Shown: in pieces, positions 57,338 to 64,000 of the stretch | Numbering within the stretch: position 1 is the stretch's first letter | Layout of the letters: each line of letters begins with the position of its first letter | NCBI GenBank assembly: GCA_965242965.1 | Contig: OZ251518.1 | Location: 64,001 to 128,000, forward strand | DNA from: Candidatus Poribacteria bacterium | Lineage (GTDB): Bacteria; Poribacteria; WGA-4E; WGA-3G | Direction of reading: 5' to 3' | DNA length: 64,000 nt | The notes under the pieces: generated by a model | Seen by the model: the letters and a program-made list of their open reading frames with translations, nothing else | Told to the model about the DNA's origin: nothing | Database searches by the model: none | Position numbers and translations under genes: made by a program

Positions 57338-57366
57338 ATTATATCATTTTTTTCATGTAATGTCAA
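57338..57366 (-). promoter_or_regulatory. Perfect consensus sigma70 promoter, predicted TSS at the rpn start codon
   Basis: TTGACA-N17-TATAAT with extended -10 TG; ATG begins 7 nt after the -10. Confidence 0.8.
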
Positions 57367-57438
57367 CCGATTTTTCCAGAGCCCCCAGGTCTTTTCGTTT
57401 TCTGTTTGCGATTGGACCGGACGCAAGAGAAAGTGTAG

Positions 57439-58731
57439 TTAATCCTCCTTTACGGCGCGGATGAGTGCCACGTTAAAAATCCGTCGTTCATAGCCGTGCG
57501 AGGGACTATTAACCACTTTACCCAACGCCCATAACGTTGAAGAACTCCCACCATCAAAATTAATGGCGTGTTTGATGCCCAAGTCGCTGAAGAAATCTGC
57601 CATCTGATAGAGCGTCATCCCCATGCTATAGCCGGGCTGTCTGCCATCAACGGCGATGAGGAAGAGTTTTTCGTCATTGAAACCTAATGCGCTGCGCGGA
57701 TTGCGGCGGGCGGCGTTACGGTGCGAACGGCTTCTGCCGAAGCGCGCGAACTGGTTCAACTCCGGCTCAATCTCTCCATCGCGCAAAATACGTAGATTGC
57801 CGCCAACCCCCGAATGCACCGTTTGCCATTTCTCCGGAGTCAAAGCGATAGTGATTTCTCCCGCAACGGCTTCTTTCAACTTTTCGCTCCAGGCTCTCGC
57901 CTGGGACGAGGTAACCGCAATCACAGCACCGCGAGGTGGAATCGGGCTGTTGCCGCGTTTTGACACGTCAGTGACGACAAAACGGCTGCGATATTTCCCG
58001 GTGAGGGGGAGTGCCAACGCTTCCAACGTGAACTCGTAGCATCGGCGTGTGAGAGTGCGTCTACCGAACCGCGGCGTGTAAATAACAACGGGACACAACG
58101 AATCGCAGATCTGGTTGACACCGCTTATCTCAAAGGTTTCGCCATCAACCTCAAGCGTGCCGTTGAGTTTCACCATGTCCATGAGGAATTCGCCTTCCGG
58201 AGTTACGCCGAAACTGGTTTCACCCCAAGGCGATGGCGGCGAATAGCCCCACCTGTCCAACGGTGTCGGAATGCTGACGAGTTCGCCGTTTTCGATATGC
58301 AGATTGAATATCATCCCGCCGCGGCCGCGGGAGTCCTCCCGAATTCCAAAACTGCCGTTAACGCCGGCAAACGGAAGAACCTCTTTTCTCATCAGCCGCT
58401 TCGTGGCACCGCTGATAGTTTCCCTTCCGAGAATCTGGGTATTCGCGAGCTCCACATCAAAACGGAGCCCGAACGCGTGCCTGTCCATTTCCGCCACGTA
58501 GACAGCGGCATCGCCTACCCACCAATAGCGATAGAGACGAAACCCATCCGGCCAGTGTTCCGCTTCCAATGCCTCGCGCTTTCGGACGGTATCGGGGAGG
58601 GCATCGGTGCGCGGTGCAGCGGCGCGGAAAGGCACGCGCAAGGCAGTGACAGCCAATATAAAGAGAAGGATGAGCCCACAGAGGGCAATCACTTTTTGGG
58701 GAATCGCGTTTCGTTTAGTGGCATTTGACAT
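57439..58731 (-). CDS. Phosphodiester glycosidase (NAGPA) family protein
   Basis: AGVNGSF, RNPRSALG, AVDGRQPGYSMGMT, AINFDGGSS. Confidence 0.88.
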   Translation of the reverse strand: MSNATKRNAIPQKVIALCGLILLFILAVTALRVPFRAAAPRTDALPDTVRKREALEAEHWPDGFRLYRYWWVGDAAVYVAEMDRHAFGLRFDVELANTQILGRETISGATKRLMRKEVLPFAGVNGSFGIREDSRGRGGMIFNLHIENGELVSIPTPLDRWGYSPPSPWGETSFGVTPEGEFLMDMVKLNGTLEVDGETFEISGVNQICDSLCPVVIYTPRFGRRTLTRRCYEFTLEALALPLTGKYRSRFVVTDVSKRGNSPIPPRGAVIAVTSSQARAWSEKLKEAVAGEITIALTPEKWQTVHSGVGGNLRILRDGEIEPELNQFARFGRSRSHRNAARRNPRSALGFNDEKLFLIAVDGRQPGYSMGMTLYQMADFFSDLGIKHAINFDGGSSSTLWALGKVVNSPSHGYERRIFNVALIRAVKED

Positions 58732-58784
58732 GAGTGGTTTCCATTTTTTTTAGCAAAGGACAGACGAGGGAAAGTTCCCTCGTC

Positions 58785-60200
58785 CTACAATGTATTGACA
58801 GGTTTTGCTTTTAACCCGATACCGGTGAGGACAGAGAGCGTGGTTTCGCCTTCGCCGATAATGCCAGCCTCGCGAAATTTCTCATAGCCTTTGACAACTA
58901 CCGCCGAGGTGGGTTCAACGTAAATACCGCGCGTCGCAAGCGTTTCTAGGCCTGCCTGAATTTCTGCATCGTCAACGATGGTGAACGCGCCGTTCGTGTA
59001 ATGAATCGCGTCTAAAATCATCTGCCCGCGGACAGGCAGTTCAGCGGTAATCCCTTCGGCAAGCGTGGGGTTTGTCTGTCTCATTCTTGAAATAATCCCT
59101 TTATTCCGTAGGGCGAGCGTCTGTCCCTCATCGCGCCGCGCACTATTTCGTAGGGCGTGGGCCTGTCCCTCGCTGGGGCCTGGGGCACACGAACGCTCGC
59201 GGGGGACAGGCCCCCGCGCTACGGGGAAAGATACCGCCCGCGTAACCCGTAGGGCGTGGGCCTGTCCCTCGCCATGCTCCATATCCCGATAAGCATTGTA
59301 AATCGGACAACACGCCGCCGCCTGAACGCCCAACAACCGCGGGACGCATTCAATAACGTCCGCCTCGCGCAACTCGCGAAAACCGATGAACAGTCCCAAA
59401 TAGATGCTCCCGAAACCGACAGGACAGATAACGTGCGCTGGGACATCTCCATCCAACTGCTCAACGATTTCAAACGCCAGCGTTTTCGTGCCTTCCAAAA
59501 AGAAGGGGTGCCAATTATGCGAGGCATAGCAGACGTTTTTCGCCGCGTCCTTCACCGCCTCGGTAGTCGCCATGCGGTTGCCTTCAACGAGTTTCAACTC
59601 GGCACCGTAGGCGGCAATCTGCGCTAATTTTCCTTTTGATGTCGATGCAGGACAATAGATGGTGCATCGGATGCCGGCTCGTGCGCTGTAAGCGGCAATC
59701 GCCGCGCCTGCATTCCCCGACGAATCCTCAACCACTTCCTCAACGCCGAGTGCTTTGAGATGCGTCAGCAACACCGATGCCCCCCGGTCTTTGTAAGAAC
59801 CGGTCGGACAGAGGTAGTCAAGTTTGACGTAATGTCCCGAATCTGCCGCCACATCAATCGGTATCAAGGGTGTCATTCCTTCACCGAGGGTGACGATATC
59901 CGCATCATCGGGTATTGGTAGTGCCTCGCGATACCGCCAGAGGGATATGTCTTCAACCGCGCGCGCCAACTTTCCCGTAGGGCGAGGGCCTGTCCCTCGC
60001 CATCCTCCGGGCTCCCCAGAACTCTCCTCGGCGCACCGCGACTTCACTGTAGGGCGAGGGCCTGTCCCTCGCCATGCCCCGGATGCCCCAGAACTATTCT
60101 CTCGCCAAGTATCAAGCATTAGCGGTGAACCGCAATCGCACTGGTAGCGAAGCGGCGATATTGGGTATGTTGTGTTGCAGTGGCTGCAGAGGTATTGCAA
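58785..60200 (-). CDS. Threonine synthase-like PLP enzyme with two REP-derived insertions
   Basis: CxxC...CxCG N-terminus, TLGEGMTPL, PTGSYKDRG, DSSGNAG, VEPTSA, LTGIGLK. Confidence 0.85.
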   Translation of the reverse strand: MQYLCSHCNTTYPISPLRYQCDCGSPLMLDTWRENSSGASGAWRGTGPRPTVKSRCAEESSGEPGGWRGTGPRPTGKLARAVEDISLWRYREALPIPDDADIVTLGEGMTPLIPIDVAADSGHYVKLDYLCPTGSYKDRGASVLLTHLKALGVEEVVEDSSGNAGAAIAAYSARAGIRCTIYCPASTSKGKLAQIAAYGAELKLVEGNRMATTEAVKDAAKNVCYASHNWHPFFLEGTKTLAFEIVEQLDGDVPAHVICPVGFGSIYLGLFIGFRELREADVIECVPRLLGVQAAACCPIYNAYRDMEHGEGQAHALRVTRAVSFPVARGPVPRERSCAPGPSEGQAHALRNSARRDEGQTLALRNKGIISRMRQTNPTLAEGITAELPVRGQMILDAIHYTNGAFTIVDDAEIQAGLETLATRGIYVEPTSAVVVKGYEKFREAGIIGEGETTLSVLTGIGLKAKPVNTL

Positions 60201-60220
60201 GAGTTTCTCCTAGTTTGCAG

Positions 60221-60425
60221 CATGGCGAGGGACAGGCCCTCGCCATGCGTTTTGCTGGCAGACCCCATCACTCCTGTAGGTCAGGATCGCCTGATCCTGA
60301 CCCGTTCGGGTGCAGGCGCACCCGAACTACAGAGGTGGGCCCGATGCGCCTCCCTCGTTTTTCTATCGGTATTCGCCTTCCCACCAAGGGGGATAACTAC
60401 CGAAACGGAGTTATGAAACACCCTC
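60221..60425. mobile_element. Partial MITE-like copy (inverted left part of the 9521 element)
   Basis: GGGATAACTACCGAAACGGAGTTATGAAACACCCTC is the reverse complement of the start of 9521-9786. Confidence 0.7.
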
Positions 60426-61428
60426 ATTCATCCCACGGCAACGGAATTCCAAGCCGCTCACTCGCGGCGCGTGCCGATGCCTGTTCCATCTCCCCATACT
60501 GAATGCCCTCTCGGCGATGCTTCTCTGTCCGCTCCGCCTCAATCGCGCCGGGGAGGAGGGCTCTATCCGTGCCGGGCAAAGGTTCGTAAGTATCGCGCAC
60601 GTCGCGCACCATCCTGTCAACTTCAGCGTGAAACACCTCGGCGGGGACAACAGAACCAATATCTATTGCCAGCACCATGCCGCCCATGCGGCCGCCGCTC
60701 CACTTCGCCGTGTCTTCCGGTGGCGGTTCAGTGAACCCGGTCAGCGCGCCGCCGAGCAGACTCGCCACGGCGGTATAACCGATGCTCTTGAAGAAAGCGG
60801 CGGGAATGACAGAGAACAACGCATCGAAATCCGGACCGCGCTGATAATCCGCCATGATGCAAGTCGCCGCATCTAGCACGACAGGCGGCTCCTCACCCGA
60901 TGGAATCGCAAAACAGATAGGCGGATTGCCATAATAACCGAGCTGCGGTTTTGACTCTTGTTGCCCGGCGTTGCCTTGGCCCTGATACCCCTGCACCGAG
61001 AAGCCGATGCATCCTGACTCGTTGCACATCCGCGCGTAATGCCCCGCAGAACCGTAATGCCCGATATAGCGCGCAAGCCCCATGCCGATGCCGACTTTCT
61101 TCGCTTTAGCAATCGCATATTCAGTCGCGCGCACCATCGGAAGATAACCCAGCGTGCCGTTCCCATCCAGCACCACAGCCGTCGGCGTTTCGTGCAGAAT
61201 GCGGAGCTGCGGACGCGGGTTATGGCTGCCGTTTTCAAAGCCTCCGCAGTAACCGTTCACCGTCCGAGTGCCGTGGCTGCGGACACCGCGCAAATCAGAA
61301 TTCACCAGCAGTCGGCTGATGAGGGCGGCGTGCTCGTGTGTTAAACCCACTTTTTCAAAACACGCCGTTGAGAAATGGAGAAGGCGTTCTTCTTCGACAA
61401 GAACGAATGTTTCCGGTGGTTTGTTCAT
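60424..61428 (-). CDS. Ldh_2 family (malate/L-lactate/L-sulfolactate-type) oxidoreductase
   Basis: SDLRGVRSHG, LDGNGTLG, HYGSAGHYA, GNPPICFAIP, PVVLDAAT. Confidence 0.9.
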   Translation of the reverse strand: MNKPPETFVLVEEERLLHFSTACFEKVGLTHEHAALISRLLVNSDLRGVRSHGTRTVNGYCGGFENGSHNPRPQLRILHETPTAVVLDGNGTLGYLPMVRATEYAIAKAKKVGIGMGLARYIGHYGSAGHYARMCNESGCIGFSVQGYQGQGNAGQQESKPQLGYYGNPPICFAIPSGEEPPVVLDAATCIMADYQRGPDFDALFSVIPAAFFKSIGYTAVASLLGGALTGFTEPPPEDTAKWSGGRMGGMVLAIDIGSVVPAEVFHAEVDRMVRDVRDTYEPLPGTDRALLPGAIEAERTEKHRREGIQYGEMEQASARAASERLGIPLPWDE

Positions 61429-61488
61429 TTGTGTTGCTCCTTTCGTGCAGATCTGTGCATCGAGACCAGGAGTCTCTCCTACCTTATC

Positions 61489-62652
61489 TTACGGATCCAA
61501 CTGTTTATAGAATACCTTCATCCCATCCTTGATAATCATAATGACGACGCTCTTGGTAGGATGCCGGGCTTCATTGTAACCCGCGATGTTCGTGACACCG
61601 ACGTAGTCCTTCGTCGCCGCGATTTCATCACGGATTGCCGCTGCGTCAAAACTTTCGGCGCGCTCCACGGCTGCGGCGAGCAATTTGACGCAATCGTAAC
61701 TGACAGCAATGCCGCCGACCGGGGTAATCCCGTGCAGTGCCTCGTATTTTTTCACGAACGTCTGTGTTGCCTGCTGATCGGCGTTCGGCGAGAAGTGTGC
61801 ACTGAAGAAACTCCCCTCAATCTGCGCTTCCTCATTCTCCAGCAAGAGCTCGTTATCCCAAGCATCCGCACCGAGGAAAATGGTGGGTTTCCCCTCGGCG
61901 TTTTGCAGTTCCATGGCGCGCGCCTGCTTCGTCACAAGCACCACCCCTTCAGCGAAACCGGCGATGAGAAGTGCGTCGGGCACGGCATCGGCTATCCGAG
62001 TCAGTTGTTCGGTGAAGTCGGTTGCATCGTCTCCATAAAACTCCTTTGCAACGATTTCGCCGCCCGCTTTGACGACAGCATCGGCGAAGATTTCAGCGAG
62101 TCCTTCCGAATAGACATCTCCCTGTTGCGCTATTACAGCCGCCTTGGTGGCACCAAGTTCTTTTGTGGCGAACTGCGCCATAACTTCGCCTTGAAACAGA
62201 TCTGTTGCTGATGCCATGAAGACGAAATCGCCGGCGTTTGTGACACTCGGATTCGTCGCTGTCGTCGTAATCATGGGGACACGATACCGCTGCGCCACAG
62301 GACCGACTTCAACGGCATGCGTAGAGCGGTTTGGACCGAGGATAGCGATGACTCCATCATCGCGAATCATTCTCTCGGCAGTCGCCGCAGCCACCGCCGC
62401 ATCTTCTATCCCGACTTGGATAACCAACTCAACAGGCACACCGAGCAGCCCACCCATCTCGTTAATCTCACCCACAGCTATCGCCGCACCGTTCGGGAAC
62501 GTCACACGGCTCCCTGAACCGATGAAGCCAATCTTAACTGACTGTGGCTGTAGTTGCGCCGGCACCACTACCTCTTGGATGCTGTCACATCCAACAAGTG
62601 TCACCGCGAACGCAATTAAACTGAATATTGCAAAAAATTTTGTTTTTCCCAT
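61489..62652 (-). CDS. Branched-chain amino acid-type ABC substrate-binding lipoprotein
   Basis: LVGC lipobox, EINEMGGLLG, ATNPSVT, DFTEQL, GADAWD. Confidence 0.9.
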   Translation of the reverse strand: MGKTKFFAIFSLIAFAVTLVGCDSIQEVVVPAQLQPQSVKIGFIGSGSRVTFPNGAAIAVGEINEMGGLLGVPVELVIQVGIEDAAVAAATAERMIRDDGVIAILGPNRSTHAVEVGPVAQRYRVPMITTTATNPSVTNAGDFVFMASATDLFQGEVMAQFATKELGATKAAVIAQQGDVYSEGLAEIFADAVVKAGGEIVAKEFYGDDATDFTEQLTRIADAVPDALLIAGFAEGVVLVTKQARAMELQNAEGKPTIFLGADAWDNELLLENEEAQIEGSFFSAHFSPNADQQATQTFVKKYEALHGITPVGGIAVSYDCVKLLAAAVERAESFDAAAIRDEIAATKDYVGVTNIAGYNEARHPTKSVVIMIIKDGMKVFYKQLDP

Positions 62653-62676
62653 ATCGTCACCTTTTGACTCTCCCCG

Positions 62677-62825
62677 GTAGGAGAGACCGCCTGGTCTCGA
62701 TGCATTTCCGTAGGAGAACCCTCCTCGTCTCGACACTTCCCGGTAGGAGAGACCTCCCGGTCTCGATGCGGTAGGAGAGACCGCCTGGTCTCGACTCCCC
62801 AGTAGAAAAGCCCTCCCGGTCTCAA
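62677..62825 (+). repeat. Five head-to-tail GTAGGAGAGACC..GGTCTCGA hairpins
   Basis: GTAG at 62677, 62710, 62743, 62771, 62802. Confidence 0.9.
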
Positions 62826-62856
62826 TGTCCAACCCCTACCCTTTTGAAAAAATCGC

Positions 62857-62930
62857 TTGTCTTATTAATCAATTTCTGATACAATCAGATCAGTGTTGTT
62901 ATTATACTTTAAATTTGCGGAAATAAGCAA
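62857..62930. promoter_or_regulatory. Face-to-face sigma70-like promoters for divergent genes
   Basis: Plus TTGTCT-N17-TACAAT (62857-62885); minus TTGCTT-N18-TATAAT (62930-62901). Confidence 0.5.
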
Positions 62931-62942
62931 GACATTTTGATT

Positions 62943-63674
62943 ATGACGCTCATCACAGTTATCGGGCGCGGGCATTCAGGGACGCGCGCCATCTCTCACA
63001 CGTTATACGCCAGCGGAGTTTTCATGGGCAGTCAACTGAATCCCTCCGGCGATAAAATCCCGCCGCACGCCATGTATGATGCATGCCGCGTGATGGCGCA
63101 ACACGTTCAATGGAACGGCGGACTCTCATGGGAATTTGAACCGCTGTTGACGATGCCGATTGACGCGCAGTTCAAGCGGCTCATCAACGAATACCTCGCC
63201 GATGTCCTACAGAACAACGCAGCACATAAAGGCTGGAAGATTCCAGAGACGACGCTGGTTTACCCGTGGATAGCACGGATGTTTCCGGAGATAAAATTCA
63301 TCCACTGGCTCCGCGACCCGAGGGACTGCATCCTCGGCAGCCATAAAACAGATGATTTGCGCAACTTCGGCGTTAATTACCCGCAAACCGACGATATCTA
63401 CGAGCGGCGTGCAATCTCTTGGCTTTACCAATATAAGTTGATGCAGGCAACGCCGAAACCAGAAAACGTCACCCAGGTCCGCTTTGAGGATTTCGTGTTG
63501 AAGCATGAGGAGACGCTCAAGCGGCTTGAGGCGTTTTTAGGCATTCCGTTGGGTAGGATTATCGTCCGTCCAGATGCAGTCGCGCGCTGGAAAAGGGAAC
63601 CAATTGAGTGCCGATACAATTTTGAATTTCTTCACGAAGCAATTGTCGAGAACGGCTATTCGTTGACAAAGTAA
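62943..63674 (+). CDS. Sulfotransferase family protein
   Basis: GRGHSGTR (5'-PSB), GWKIP, RDPRD..S (3'-PB), VRFEDFV. Confidence 0.85.
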   Translation: MTLITVIGRGHSGTRAISHTLYASGVFMGSQLNPSGDKIPPHAMYDACRVMAQHVQWNGGLSWEFEPLLTMPIDAQFKRLINEYLADVLQNNAAHKGWKIPETTLVYPWIARMFPEIKFIHWLRDPRDCILGSHKTDDLRNFGVNYPQTDDIYERRAISWLYQYKLMQATPKPENVTQVRFEDFVLKHEETLKRLEAFLGIPLGRIIVRPDAVARWKREPIECRYNFEFLHEAIVENGYSLTK

Positions 63675-63690
63675 GGGTGGCGCGTCATAC

Positions 63691-63801
63691 CGTAGGGCGA
63701 GGGCCTGTCCCTCGCCAAGCCTCGGTCAGGGAAACGGCTTTGGGCGGCGGGCGATTTTCGCGCAGAGCGACGCTCGCGGGGGACAGGCCCCCGCGCTACG
63801 G
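63691..63801. repeat. Inverted REP doublet
   Basis: GTAGGGCGAGGGCCTGTCCCTCGCC ... CGCGGGGGACAGGCCCCCGCGCTAC. Confidence 0.88.
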
Positions 63802-63867
63802 GCCGAGGACCCATTGGATTGCAAGGGCAAATGTCTCCATCTGCCCATTCCGTAACGAGGAACCATT

Positions 63868-64000
63868 ATGTCAAAAAACAATTACCGCGTTGGACTTGTC
63901 GGCACAGGCGGCATCGCCCGCGCGCACGGCAAGGCATGCCAACTCGCAGAAAGTGCCGAATTGGCGGCAATCTGCGATGTGTATGAAACTGCATTAACCA
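63868..64000 (+). CDS. Gfo/Idh/MocA oxidoreductase, 3'-truncated by window edge (not in ORF track)
   Basis: GAGG RBS; MSKNNYRVGLVGTGGIARAH...ELAAICDV. Confidence 0.85.
   Translation, partial: MSKNNYRVGLVGTGGIARAHGKACQLAESAELAAICDVYETALT

Noticed and set aside
45362-62211. Long antisense ORFs 45362-46105, 50927-51814, 51837-52622, 61375-62211
   Set aside because: Shadows of well-supported minus-strand genes; no recognisable motifs
62677-62825. Possible CRISPR array
   Set aside because: Spacers only ~4-9 nt, repeats are degenerate copies of a dispersed REP family, no cas genes
2121-62832. Longest-ORF starts at 2121, 17193, 23989, 37025, 48455, 50256, 53414, 62832
   Set aside because: Extensions run through repeats, promoters or neighbouring genes; downstream starts fit RBS, signal peptides or family N-termini better

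Overview
Bacterial genomic window, most likely Candidatus Poribacteria or a relative. This is inferred from WD40/LRR secreted proteins ending in an LLANYPNPFNPETWIPYQL-type C-terminal domain, orphan EutN/CcmL genes and dense GTAG palindromes. Housekeeping and metabolic content: dxs-tlyA-tamB-bamA/tamA, a nucleoside/sugar ABC transporter, ndk, ribD-ribE-ribBA-ribH, hisH, hemW, a threonine synthase-like enzyme, dehydrogenases and a sulfotransferase. Accessory content: a C25/PorU-like peptidase, a modular LRR protein, an NtrB/NtrC-like pair, and several defence-like loci (AAA ATPase + DUF4276-like, DUF3990-like pair, helicase-less type ISP-like R-M, Rpn). Most notable observations: (1) three near-consensus sigma70 promoters at an exact 73-bp spacing (18592-18766, minus strand) driving a 57-aa ORF and a structured RNA region with four UCCC motifs, followed by small genes bounded by attC-like hairpins; (2) several covarying GTAG-REP families and MITE-like composites that sit in frame inside many proteins and supply stop codons; (3) an unannotated probable selenoprotein (UGA at the catalytic Cys position); (4) an apparently leaderless Rpn gene with a candidate internal antitoxin start; (5) an LRR array built from shuffled 66-bp modules. 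No rRNA, convincing tRNA, CRISPR array, integrase or transposase was seen. All family assignments come from motif recognition by eye, not database searches.
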